Below are positions 1 through 10,407 of a DNA stretch of 64,000 bases, piece after piece; positions within the stretch are counted from its first letter, which is position 1; every line of letters begins with the position of its first letter. The position numbers were made by a program, and so were the translations under genes. The notes under the pieces were generated by a model, which was not told the DNA's origin, did not search any database, and saw only the letters and a list, made by a program, of their open reading frames with translations. This DNA is from an uncultured bacterium. Its GTDB lineage: Bacteria; Patescibacteriota; Gracilibacteria; Absconditabacterales; Absconditicoccaceae. The stretch is taken from assembly GCA_963535415.1 (NCBI GenBank), contig CAUSVV010000002.1, forward strand, positions 100,688-164,687, read 5' to 3'.

Positions 1-76
1 ACAAAAAACCGCTTGAAATCGAACCTAAAATCATCATACTAAAACTGATTGTTTTATCTTAATATTTCTCAAGCTC

Positions 77-1804
77 GTGGCAAATCCTCTTATTGACGAT
101 CTTCTAGCCTCTACTGATATTGTCGAACTCATCAGTAGATACGTTCCACTCAAAAGAGCCTGAAGCAATTTTTCTGGTTGCTGTCCTTTTCATAACGAGA
201 AAACTCCATCTTTCATGGTCTCACCTACCAAGCAAATCTTCAAATGTTTTGGCTGCGGGAAAGGGGGAAACGCATTAACTTTTTTCCAAGAGATAGAAAA
301 AATTGATTTTCGAGATGCTGTAAAAGAACTTGCAAAAACCCAGCATATTGATATTGAAAAATATAATCTCAACACCCAAAAAATCAGCGATGAGAACGAC
401 CAAAAAGCAAAGCTCAAAAGAATGCATTCACTCACTCAGCAATTTTTTCTCGCTCAGCTCAAAGAATCAACTCAAGCTTTAGACTACCTAACTACTCATA
501 GAAAACTTTCAAAAAATCTGATCGAAGAATATGGTATCGGATATGCACCAGATAAGCACTACCAACTCATCCAACTCCTGAGAGAAAAAGGTTTTACAGA
601 CAATGATCTCTTAGAAGCCTCTCTAGCCAAAAAAAATGCAAATGGAGAAATTTACGCCTTTTTCAGAAATAGGATCACCTTTCCAATCTACGATACCATG
701 GGGAATATTGTTGGATTCTCAGCTAGAGTACTCAATCCTGAAGATAAACCCAAATATCTCAATAGTGCCGAACATAAAGCCTTTGAAAAATCAAAACTCC
801 TCTACGGACTAAACTTTGCCAAAAATTATATCAGAGAACAACAAAAACTGATCGTTGTGGAGGGGCAAATGGATGTCCTCTGACTAGCAAAACTTGAGAC
901 ACCAGTCTGAGTCGCAACCTCTGGGACTGCTCTCAGCCAGGATCATATCAAACTTATGAAGAGGTATACTGAAAACATCTTTCTTCTTTTTGACAACGAT
1001 AATGCAGGTCACCAGGCAACTTTAAGAGCTCTCAAACTCTTTTATCAGCAGAATATGTTCCCAAAAATTATCAAACTTCCAGAAGGATTTAAAGATGTTG
1101 ATGAACTTTCAAACACTCCAGAGGGGAAATCAGCTTTTGAAACTTGTCTCATGAATGCCGAGGATGGCTTCCTAGGAATTTATCATCAGATGAGATCAGA
1201 ACTTGATATGACCTCACCTATCGACAAACAGAAACTCATAAATACCCTCTTTGAACTCACTATCTCAGTTAATAGCCTCACCATCCAAGAACACTACAAG
1301 CAACTCCTTGCAGAAAAGCTTGGATTCGCTTTTGAAATCCTTGATGCACAGTTTAAGAGATACAAAACAACAGATGGGAAGCTTATTCTAAATCAACAAA
1401 ATAGACAACAGCAGCAAGAAAACACTGATCGTTACCAACTTCATAGAGATGAACTCGTTGTCAGTCTTTTTTACCAATGAGCACTAGAAAAATATCTCTG
1501 AGATTTTCAAGGAGCAACGACACTTTTTGATATCATTACTATCATCTGAGCATCTAAACCAGATTCCCTCCTTGCACAAGCATTAAATAATAAGCTCACA
1601 CCAGAACAAATCTCCTCTCTTAACGAACTTGGAATGTGGCGAGATGCACAGCTTGAAGAGCATCAAACCACCGAAAAAAGGTACCAAATCATTCTCCAAG
1701 CCATTCTCCCAATCCTTCAAAAATGGCTTCAACTAGCACTCAAACATTCAACACTTTCAGCTGAACAAAAAAGACAACTCCTAGAACTCAGAAAAAAACT
1801 ATAA
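77..1804 (+). CDS. dnaG: DNA primase DnaG
   Basis: Zinc ribbon CCPFHNEKTPSF..KCFGCGKGG and TOPRIM EGQMDVLGLAKLG..ATSGTAL. Track ORFs 215-883 and 956-1480 share one frame and are joined through in-frame TGA (e.g. 161-163, 881-883). GTG start at 77, TAA at 1802. Confidence 0.9.
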
Positions 1805-1820
1805 AAAAATCAGAATAAAA

Positions 1821-1850
1821 AAACTCTAAGTCTGTACTTAGAGATTTTTT
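1821..1850. terminator. Intrinsic terminator shared by convergent dnaG and the M23 peptidase gene
   Basis: Hairpin CTCTAAG-TCTGTA-CTTAGAG with an A-run before and a T-run after. Confidence 0.6.
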
Positions 1851-2914
1851 AGTATTTGCTCCAAAGCAGGATTTTGCTTTGCCTTTTCTGTCAAAAGCGT
1901 TATCATCTGCTGATCTAAAGCAAAAATTGAAAATTCCTTCAATAAACGCTCATTATAAAAAACCTTAACACGATGAAGACCAGAAACTGCAGGAATCAGA
2001 TTTATTTTTCTTTTTTCTCCCAAATAAGTAATACGATCTGGAAACACCTGCATTCCACTTCCAACTTCTACCTTGATCTCTCATTCAAGAAACCCTTGCT
2101 CTCCTCTCTTATTCTTAATCATCAATTCAATAGATTTTCCAAGCTTTACAATAGGATAAGATAATTCTCAACTAATATCCGCTGCAGTCAATAAATACGC
2201 AGCCGAACTAGCACCTTCATTTAACTGCTCTGCCTGAAAAATTCTCCCCTGTGTCTCCAAAAACAAAATCGGGTCCAAGGTATTTTTCTGGATCAATGAC
2301 CAACATTTTGCCTCATTTACAACTTGAAAAAGATTTTCTGCCTCACAATCAGTCTGCGGATAGTAAGGATGCTTTCCTTCATTAGTATCGATCTGAAAAT
2401 GAAGGTGAGGACCTGTTGTATTCCCAGTATTTCCAATTTTTCAGATCAATTGCCCCTCTCCTACTTTATCTCCTACCTGCACCAAAATTTCACTCAAATG
2501 CACATAATTTGAATAAATAAAGCGGCTTCAAATCTGATGTTTAATCGTGATAACATTTCCCCATTCACCCTTAGCGTGAGCATGAACTACTTCACCAGTT
2601 CCCATTGAATAAACTGGAGTTCCTACAGTCGATACAATATCCACTCCTTTATGTGCTCATTGCCCCATATCTCGACCTCAGACATAGGTTGCACCTCGCA
2701 AAACAGAGTATATAGAACGATGCAAAGGATTTTTTATAAAAGAAAGATAGTCCGCACCTTCAATCTTTGGCAACTGAATCTTACAAAGTTCCTGAGTACC
2801 GCAGAATTTCCCCTCCACTTCTGGAACTGGATACTGCCAAGCTCAGGCATACGAAGCCACAATTCAAATACCAAAAAAAACAGAAAAAATCAGATTTTTT
2901 ACCCTTTTTTTCAT
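1838..2914 (-). CDS. Peptidase M23 (LytM-type murein endopeptidase), secreted
   Basis: Signal-like N-terminus MKKRVKNLIFSVFFGIGIVASYA. Motifs HKGVDIV and IGKIGNTGNTTGPHLHFQID. Extends track ORF 1838-2053 upstream in the same frame through several TGA. Confidence 0.85.
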
Positions 2915-3098
2915 TTCCCCTACAAAAATTATATGTTAAAATCAGAAAAATCAGTATACTCCTCTCCTCCAGAAAAACAAGGAAAGTTTTTTGAGCTTAT
3001 GATAAATTTTGAAATTTAGGAAAAATGTCATAATTAGCATTTTTAAAAGCATTTTCAAAAAAGGGAAAGATTTCGAAAAGACAGAAAGATAGAATACT

Positions 3099-3779
3099 TT
3101 AAAAACCTAACTCATGAAGATAATCATAGCACCCTTTCCTCAAAGGTTGCATTGAAGAAAGTGAATGAGCATCACTATTAACATAAACATACTTTGCATA
3201 CTTTAGCATATAATTGAGCTTTTCAGAGATTGCGCGACCTTTACGAAAAGTTCCATAATTAAACTCCATAGCAATATCATAATAGTTTGCAAGCTCCACA
3301 ATAGGCTCAATACTCAAATATTCTCAAAGTTCATTAATATCATAAGGATGTCAAATAATCTTAATTTTTTGATGATTTTTCTCTATAGCATTTAATAACC
3401 CCTGTGTAGCAGTGACTGGCTCAGACAAATACCCATTCCAATGAACAGATAAAATAGTAAAATCACTTTCCAATTGCTGACTAACTAAACATACATTTCA
3501 ATCAGCATCCAAAACATCTGCCTCTATTCAAAAAATAACATTAACATCATTATGGACATTTTTCCAACTGTTCAAGGCATATCTCGCTCCACCAGATGGA
3601 CAAATTCCATAGCGCTCCTTAAGAATTTTAACCAGATGATCACTATGATCTGTTATCGCAATTTCTTTCATTCCGAGCACTCAAGCATATTGAACAATGT
3701 CTTCAACTGTAGCGGAACCATCTGATAAAACACTATGAATATGATAATCAGAAAAAGAATCATTCATAATTACGGACAT
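3099..3779 (-). CDS. PHP-domain phosphoesterase (histidinol-phosphatase family)
   Basis: N-terminal DYHIHSVLSDGSATVEDI..ITDHSDH pattern and C-terminal NSDAHS. Track ORF 3099-3317 extended through TGA in the same frame. Confidence 0.7.
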
Positions 3780-3922
3780 TTTATAGAATAGATTATAAAT
3801 ATCTAGAATAGGTATAGCTTAATTCAAAATAAATACAAGAAAAAATATAAAACAGGGCTCAAAATAAAGAAAAATCCTAGATATAATCTAGGATTTTCTT
3901 GCATTTTACAAAAATGCAACAA

Positions 3923-4315
3923 CTATTGTCCCGAATGCAAATGGGTTCTAGCTGTACTTATCTTAGAAATCAGGTTCCCGATCTCCAAACCGAATTGATC
4001 ACTTTCTGGTTCATCCAAGAAATCCGAAAGATGAGAGGAATCCAATCTAGAGATACGATCACATAGATGTGGATAGTCTCCCATAAATGTGATAAGATGA
4101 AAAGCATTTGTCGCTGCTAGGACCTGTGGCATACCAAAACGCTCACTAGTGCTATATTTGAATTTCTGATAAGCGATTTCCTGTTCCTCAGAAACAGTTC
4201 CACACTTTTGAAATTCACCACGCAAGTAAGATAAGACATCAATTGTGTCTTCAGTTTGAGAAGCTAAATTAAATAACTTCTCTTTCTCAATTTTGAAGTT
4301 TTTTGATTTATTCAT
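3923..4315 (-). CDS. Hypothetical protein (130 aa), stand-alone cassette
   Basis: Intact ORF with no TGA, its own consensus promoter (4359-4386) and a palindromic terminator at about 3873-3900. Confidence 0.6.
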   Translation of the reverse strand: MNKSKNFKIEKEKLFNLASQTEDTIDVLSYLRGEFQKCGTVSEEQEIAYQKFKYSTSERFGMPQVLAATNAFHLITFMGDYPHLCDRISRLDSSHLSDFLDEPESDQFGLEIGNLISKISTARTHLHSGQ

Positions 4316-4358
4316 ATGATTACTAGTAATTTTAACTTTTTTTATTTTAGGGTTTGTG

Positions 4359-4386
4359 AATATATAAATTTTGAGTAAAAAGTCAA
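4359..4386 (-). promoter_or_regulatory. Sigma70-type promoter, TTGACT-16-TATATT
   Basis: On the minus strand: cttaaaaatatcTTGACT..TATATT. The 21-nt block around the -35 box is identical to the one upstream of gene 8358-8804. Confidence 0.6.
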
Positions 4387-4463
4387 GATATTTTTAAGAA
4401 AACAAAAAACTGACTCTAACAGAATCAGCATTTTGCTTTTATCTTCTAAACCCATAACACAAT

Positions 4464-4535
4464 CAGGGCTGGCAAGAATCGAACTCGCGACGCGGAGCTT
4501 TGGAGACTCCCGCTCTACCACTGAGCTACAGCCCT
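4464..4535 (-). tRNA. trnW: tRNA-Trp (anticodon CCA)
   Basis: Cloverleaf folded by hand: acceptor AGGGCTG/CAGCCCT, anticodon loop CTCCAAA, T-arm GCGAG-TTCGATT-CTTGC. The AGGG 5' end is typical of bacterial tRNA-Trp. Confidence 0.85.
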
Positions 4536-4557
4536 ATAAAATGAATATCCCTTGATC

Positions 4558-4628
4558 CAGGGAGTGAGGGGATCGAACCCCCGACAGCGGTTCCGAAGAC
4601 CGATGTGTTACCACTACACCAACCCCCC
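4558..4628 (-). tRNA. trnR: tRNA-Arg (anticodon TCG)
   Basis: Cloverleaf: acceptor GGGGGGT/ACTCCCT (two G-U pairs), anticodon loop CTTCGGA, T-arm GGGGG-TTCGATC-CCCTC. Confidence 0.7.
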
Positions 4629-4631
4629 ATA

Positions 4632-4956
4632 CATCAGTCCAATAAGCCCGGTTCTGTATTAGGTACTATTTATCTATTACTCCTTAGAGGAGTACTATTG
4701 CACTTCCATAACAAGTATGACAAGCTTGCACGAGCTACGGTTTACCGCTCATCAGATCATCAATCTGATTGAGTGTAGGTAAGCTTAGAACTAAGCTACC
4801 CTACTGTTTCACCTTTCTCCTCCTAAGAGGATAGTTTAATCTCTGTGGCACTTTCGTTTGCCCGCAAGAGCGATGTTCCAGTATCCGTTAGATACTAGCT
4901 GTTTTTTCGTGCCGGGACTTTCCTCACCTTTGGGGTGCAGTACCTAGACTGACGGT
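4632..4956 (-). ncRNA. rnpB: RNase P RNA (bacterial type A-like)
   Basis: P4 signature GAGGAAAGTCCCGGC near the 5' end pairs with ACAGAACCGGGCTTA near the 3' end (bulged U). P1 pairing CGTCAGTC/GACTGATG. TTGATT-16-TATATA promoter just upstream at about 4963-4990. Confidence 0.85.
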
Positions 4957-5029
4957 CTATATATACTAAAATACTTCTATAAATCAACTCAAAAAAACAA
5001 AAAAATCTGATTTATATCTACGCTTCCAC

Positions 5030-5218
5030 TTATTTCCTCCTAAATATCGCATAAACGACCAAAAATGGGAAAACCAAGACCTTTTTCCAGCTCGGCTTCT
5101 GCCAAAAAAATGCTGGATATTCCTTGAAAAGCATACTCATTGCTTTCCCAAACCTGTTTTCCGGATTCTGAGTATCAAAGGGATACTTAAAAAAATCGAG
5201 CAAAAAACGTAGCATCAC
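5030..5218 (-). CDS. Possible small hydrophobic protein (62 aa)
   Basis: ORF only. It lies directly after the tig terminator and has no obvious promoter. Confidence 0.25.
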   Translation of the reverse strand: MMLRFLLDFFKYPFDTQNPENRFGKAMSMLFKEYPAFFWQKPSWKKVLVFPFLVVYAIFRRK

Positions 5219-5272
5219 ATAAAATAAAGTTAAAAAGCCCCGAAAAGTTTTCGAGGCTCTATGATCAGTTTT

Positions 5273-6544
5273 TTAGTCCTGTTTTTTTGCCTTTGCAGCA
5301 GTTTTTTTAGCAGGCTTTTTTTCTCCAGATTCGCTAGCCTCACTCAATGGACCAACAAGCTTAGTATAAAGTTGCTTTTCTACAAAAAGTGGCTCCTGTT
5401 CATTATTCCAATCAATTGTCAATCCAAGCAATTCAGTAACTTTATTGAGAATAAAGAACTTTTCAAGACTTTCCTTAGCTGCTGATTGAATTCCTTCAAT
5501 AAATTCCTTTGCTTTTTCTTCTCCGATCTGAGAAAAATATTCAGCAACCTTCTCAGCAGACCCAAATCTCTTTTCTAAATTCTGCATTCTTACCTTTAAT
5601 TCTTGATCAACCATAGTCTTAGGAATTATTACCTCAACTCCACTCTTCTTTACCTCAGAAAGATAGTTCTCAACAGTCTGAATCAAGCTATTTTCCTGCT
5701 TTTGTTTAAGAATCTCCTTTTTAATATATTCTCTAAGCTCAGCATTAGTCTTTACCTCTGCATCCTTCCCAAAAAGCTTTACGATCATTTCATCATTAAG
5801 CTCAGGAAGTACAATCTGCTTCACATCTTGAATAGTTACCTTCAAAACTTTTGCTCCTTCATGCTTTGCTTTAAGAACAGCAGGGAGCTTCTTCTCATCA
5901 TACTTAAGCTCAATCACTTCTCCTTTCTTCTTTCCCTCAAAGGTCTTTGCCCAAAACTTATCCTCAGCAAATTCTACTTCTCAAAGGTATGTTGTTCCTT
6001 TTTCAATGCTCTTGTCCTCAGCATCAAAAAATTCAAGTCCAAGCTTTGAAATAGTATCCAAAGCCACAACTTCAGCATCTTTATAATCAGCATAATTCTT
6101 CTGAATATTGAGCAAAGAATCCTCTACTTCCTGCTCTGTAGCTTCTACGCTAATTCCATCCATTTTAACCGCAGACCAGTTCTTACCTTTTACGTCAACC
6201 TCAGGATACACATCAAGAGAAAAAGTTACCGTTGTAGTTCCCTTCTCATCTTTAGTATCAAAAGCGTAAGGCTCTCCGATAAACTTAATATCAGCATTTT
6301 CAGCTAATAAAGCCTGAAGTCCCTTATTGATCAAATGTTCATTGATTGCCATACTGATATATTCAGGAGAAACCTTCTGCTCTACAATATGCAAAGGCAC
6401 TTTCCCAGCTCTAAAACCTGGAACATTCATATCCTTTGCAAAATGTTGCAAAACATGACTTCTCACTCCATTTTTTTCCTCATCAGAAAACGAAATCGTA
6501 ATAGTATAATTGCTCTGTTGAGCTTTTGCTAATTTCTTATCCAT
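5273..6544 (-). CDS. tig: Trigger factor
   Basis: N-terminal ribosome-binding motif VPGFRAGKVP. Track ORFs 5981-6544 and 5273-5917 share a frame and are joined through TGA. Terminator at about 5232-5262. Confidence 0.9.
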
Positions 6545-6773
6545 TGTCCAAAATAATGAAATAATAAAAAATTTGAAACCGAAATTAAGTCTAGCTATTC
6601 GCTCCTTGTTTTCAAGAGAAAAAATCTACTGTTCCTCCCCTCTCCCATACCCAAAGCTCTAAAAGCCCCGTGAAAGAAATGCTCTTGCTTTTATTAAGCA
6701 TATTCTTAGGATTATAGACAGAAAAAAGACAAAAAATTCTGATTTCTTTTTCTTTATTTTCAATAGATAAACA

Positions 6774-7178
6774 ATGAAAGTTTCTCATGCTCTTGGTATT
6801 GACCGAGGTAGTAAATATATTGGTCTCGCCTATACTCCGCTCAATGCGGATGTCGTTTTTCCGATTGGATATGTAATGAATGATGCAATGACCTACTACT
6901 ATATAGCAGATCTCATCCAGAGATATCACATTAGAAAAATCGTTCTCTGATGGCCCCAGAAACAAAAAGACATCCAAGAACATATCACAAAGTTTATGGA
7001 ATCTCTGAATTATATCATTGAAAATCAAAGAATCGAAATCGAAACGGTAGATGAAGATTTCAGTAGTGTGCAATCAGGAGAAATCGTTTCTGACTTCAAA
7101 AAAAATGCAACGACAGACACTATCAGTGCGATGATCATCCTTGAAAGGCGGAAACAATCAAAAAAATCTGAAAACTAA
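6774..7178 (+). CDS. ruvX: YqgF/RuvX family nuclease (pre-16S rRNA nuclease)
   Basis: N-terminus GIDRGSKYIGLAY..IVLGWP matches the GiDxGxxrIGvA..vvGlP pattern. Track ORF 6996-7178 extended upstream in frame through one TGA. Confidence 0.8.
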
Positions 7179-7208
7179 AACAGCGACCTCATACAGTCGC
7201 TGTTTTTC
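7176..7208. terminator. Bidirectional intrinsic terminator
   Basis: Hairpin CAGCGAC-loop-GTCGCTG flanked by an A-run and a T-run, between convergent ruvX and gene 7216-7635. Confidence 0.65.
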
Positions 7209-7215
7209 TAATTTC

Positions 7216-7635
7216 TCAATCCCCCTTTGGATAAAGTCGAGTAATCCAAACATTAAAAAGAGGAGCCTCAGAATGTAGTTCAAATAATCCTGGATCATCA
7301 GGGTCTCTTCGTTCTAAACTACTCTTCAGTCTCTGAATTTCTACGACTAGTGCAGAGAAATCCGGTATTCCTCCAAGCGCCAATAAAGCCTGATTACTTA
7401 CGAGCCTTAGCTTTTTTTGTCGATCAAGTTCATACACAACACTCGGTGCAATATTTACGTAGTCGTAGCGATAGAACCCATTTGCTAGCTCTCTTCTTCT
7501 CTTTGCATTAAGTGCTTCAGCATAGACTAAAATATCTTCAGCCAAAATACTAACCTCATCTAAGGAATAATGAATAATCTTTCCATTACCTAGACAACGA
7601 GCGACAAAAATCAGATTTTTTTCTTTTGTTCCCAT
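7216..7635 (-). CDS. Hypothetical protein, distant member of the small paralog family
   Basis: Intact 139-aa ORF. C-terminal DFSALVVEIQRLKSSLERRDPDDPGLF and VWITRLY blocks align with the two downstream paralogs. Confidence 0.65.
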   Translation of the reverse strand: MGTKEKNLIFVARCLGNGKIIHYSLDEVSILAEDILVYAEALNAKRRRELANGFYRYDYVNIAPSVVYELDRQKKLRLVSNQALLALGGIPDFSALVVEIQRLKSSLERRDPDDPGLFELHSEAPLFNVWITRLYPKGD

Positions 7636-7752
7636 ATCCTTTTTTATTTAATTGTGAATATATAGATAAACATTTTTAAGAAAAAGTCAAGAAATTAAAA
7701 AACAGTATCTGAGACAGATACTGTTTCCTATTCAAAGTGAATACCATCTTCC

Positions 7753-8211
7753 TCAACTTTCTAAAGAAAAAAGTTTGGGGACCCAAAGTTCAAATTTAGA
7801 AACTCCAGGAGGAAGGATTTGAGAATCTGAGAAAAGAAACTCAGGTTGCCCAGGATCTCGGAACAGATAAGATGCAGATTCTAAATAAGCCTTAAGACCT
7901 TTTTTAAACTCCAAGAAATCATCAGAAAGCATCAACTCTTTTAAAATCATAGGCTTCATACGCGCAAGTTTTTGCTCATTTGCCAATTGAGCAAGCCCAT
8001 CTTCCAAAAAGGAAGATTTACAATCATTAGAGAATAAACCAAGTTCAAGATTCTGATCTTCATACTTCTTAAGAAGTTTATTCACTCTAGTAATTGCTTT
8101 TGAAAGCTCTTTGAGATCATTGTAAGAGAGCACGATAAATGGCAACATAATTTTCTGAAGTTCGACTGAGAAAAGAGAACTCCCAATCTGATTTTGACCT
8201 TTTTTTCTCAT
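7753..8211 (-). CDS. Hypothetical protein, small paralog family
   Basis: 152-aa ORF sharing LSYNDLKELSKA, LKELMLSDDFLEFKK, RDPGQP and WVPKLFSLES with gene 8358-8804. Has its own terminator at about 7698-7730. Confidence 0.7.
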   Translation of the reverse strand: MRKKGQNQIGSSLFSVELQKIMLPFIVLSYNDLKELSKAITRVNKLLKKYEDQNLELGLFSNDCKSSFLEDGLAQLANEQKLARMKPMILKELMLSDDFLEFKKGLKAYLESASYLFRDPGQPEFLFSDSQILPPGVSKFELWVPKLFSLES

Positions 8212-8357
8212 AAAAAATGATATTTTTAGTAATGATTATTTTTATTTATATAATCTATAAAATAACATTTTTTACAAAGAAATCAAGATATTTTGGAATA
8301 CAAAAAACAGCACCTGTATATAGGTACTGTTTTCGCATCTAAATGATGCAATGTTCG

Positions 8358-8804
8358 TCAGCTTTCAATTTCGAACAACTTAGGGATCCAAGTTTCCAAC
8401 CTAGATCTAACTTTTTTACCGTTGAGGGCATAAAAGGTTATCAGGGGCTGTTCTGGATCTCGACACTCGTTCTTATAGCAAGCAATCTGATCCTTAAGCT
8501 CTCGCTTAAAATCAGAGAAATCATCACTAAGCACAAGCTCTTTAAGAGGCATAGTAGCAAGTCCAGCAACCTTACCATTGGGTAATGCAAGTGCATCAAC
8601 CACTTCTCCAACAATCTCTTTAGAAGAGACATCAGAGGCTGATTCTAATTTTTTCATCTCTTTATCCAAAGCTTTATTAACTTTAGAGAGTGCTTTAGAA
8701 ATTTCCTTGAGATCATCATAAGAAAGATCTATTGAGGCTGACAATGTTGCTTTAGGAACAACTGGGGAGATAACATCTCCTACGGAAGGATAAATCTTTT
8801 CCAT
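8358..8804 (-). CDS. Hypothetical protein, small paralog family
   Basis: 148-aa ORF with LSYDDLKEISKA, LKELVLSDDFSDFKR, RDPEQP and WIPKLFEIES. Own promoter (TTGACT at about 8871-8876) and terminator at about 8305-8335. Confidence 0.7.
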   Translation of the reverse strand: MEKIYPSVGDVISPVVPKATLSASIDLSYDDLKEISKALSKVNKALDKEMKKLESASDVSSKEIVGEVVDALALPNGKVAGLATMPLKELVLSDDFSDFKRELKDQIACYKNECRDPEQPLITFYALNGKKVRSRLETWIPKLFEIES

Positions 8805-8909
8805 AAAAAAACAATTTAATTAGTACAACTTTTTTATTTGTAAAATACAAAATAACGATTTTTTTATGAAAGTCAAGATATTTTTAAGAAAAAGTTAGAA
8901 GCCGTACTT

Positions 8910-10217
8910 CTAACTCTCATCATCTTCATCAAAATTATACTCTTCAAAATCATCATTATCATCATAGTCATCTCTTCCATAATCCTCATCATCAAGATAT
9001 TCATCTTTCTGCTTCTGAGCTGGCTTTCTTCATCTTTTCTTCTTTCCTCACTCACTATTAAGCTTTTCGATATCATCTTCAATTCCGAGCATTTTTTGAA
9101 GCCCCTGATGCTCTTTCAGTTTTTGAATAACCTTTTGCTCAATTTGTCTCACTCTTTCCCTCGTTACATCAAACTCTTCTCCAACTTGTTCAAGAGTAAA
9201 TTTCGGACCATCAATTCCATATCTCATCTTCACTATTTTAGCCTCTCTATCATCAAGCATAGCTAAAATACTATCCAAATTATTTCTAAGAGCTGCCCTC
9301 TCGGCCAACTGATCTGGTCTAAGAGTATTTCCATCCTCTAGAAGATCTGCAAGCGTATCTCTCCCTTCATCTCCAACTTCTCTATCCAGTGAAACATTTC
9401 AAAAGATCACTTCTTCCAGCTTTTTAATCTTTTTAATCGGAAATCAAAGCTTTTGTCCGATTTCTTTACTTGTCGGTTCACGACCAAGTTTTTGAAAAAG
9501 AAGCTGATAAGTTTTATTATATGAATTGATCTCATCAATCAAATGAACAGGGATTCTCACATGCCTAGTCATATCAGCAATCGCTTTTGTAATCGACTGT
9601 TTAATCCACCAAGTCGCATAAGTTGAAAACTTAAACTCCTTATCTGGATCAAATTTTTCAATAGCCTTAATAAGCCCGATATTCCCCTCCTGAATCAAAT
9701 CAGAAAAAGTCAAACGAGAACCCAAATATCTCTTAGCAATAGAAATCACAAGTCTTAAATTTGACTCAATCAGCTTTTTCTTTGCCTCCTCATCTCACTT
9801 TTTAATTCTTCTTGCAACTTCCTTTTCCTCTTCATAGTTCAAAAGTGGAATTTTTGAAATATCATTAAAATAGAGTTTGATATAATCCTTATACTGGTTA
9901 TCAACTGCATGATCCGCCTTACCATAAAGCGTAATTTTTCAAAGCTTAGTCTCTTTTTTCAAAGACTCCTGCTCTTTTTCAAGCAACTCTTCAATCGTTA
10001 CAATTTTAATTCCAAGTTTTTCTGAGAGATCATAAAACTTTTCAAGAAGCTTGATATTCCCCTCCATATCATCAATTTCAGAGATCACTTCTTCTTCCTC
10101 GATCATACCCCTATTCGCCCCAGTCTCTAAAAGAGCCTGCAGACCAGGAGTAAGCTCATTAATATCATCTTGCAACTTATCTCGCAACTGTTTTTTTGTC
10201 GAATCCATAGCCATCAT
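8910..10217 (-). CDS. rpoD: RNA polymerase sigma-70 factor RpoD with an unusual charged C-terminal tail
   Basis: Region 2 ([19 protein letters not shown]) and region 4 ([20 protein letters not shown]). Track ORFs 9939-10217, 9444-9749 and 9048-9308 share a frame. Reading continues through TGA 9048-9050 to TAG 8910-8912, which abuts the terminator at 8886-8906. Confidence 0.9.
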
Positions 10218-10317
10218 ACTCAGCTAGCAAATAAAGTAGTTCTCAACTATCAAAAACATGAAATCAAAAATCTTTCATCATTTTTGACATTTTTAAAAAA
10301 ATATATATAATATTGTC

Positions 10318-10407
10318 GTGTAGTAGAACCTTGTAAGTGAAATAAAGAGACAGCTCTGTATTTCGCGATAAAAGCAGCCTCCCTTGAAGAGTGCTGTTTT
10401 TATTTTT
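10318..10407 (+). ncRNA. Candidate small RNA (promoter and terminator bounded)
   Basis: TTGACA(10284)-16-TATAAT(10306) on the plus strand, followed about 90 nt later by stem ACAGCTCT/AGAGTGCTGT and TTTTTATTTTT. Lies between the minus-strand rpoD start and the rlmE stop. Confidence 0.3.

Noticed and set aside
5261-6532. Plus-strand ORFs 5261-5485, 5603-6049 and 6335-6532
   Set aside because: They are antisense to trigger factor.
6612-7073. 153-aa minus-strand ORF
   Set aside because: It overlaps the ruvX coding sequence and the tig/ruvX intergenic region, and I see no motif or promoter for it. The C-rich patch at about 6640-6670 that it covers remains unexplained, but I could not fold it into any known RNA.
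8873-9082. 69-aa Met/Ile-rich minus-strand ORF
   Set aside because: It is an alternative frame of the acidic C-terminal tail of rpoD. The rpoD frame is supported by a terminator placed right after its TAG.
10318-10407. SRP (4.5S) RNA, suggested by the AGCAGCC word
   Set aside because: I could not build the domain IV helix (GNRA loop, symmetric and asymmetric loops with GGN/NCC closing pairs) around it. It is kept only as an unclassified sRNA candidate.
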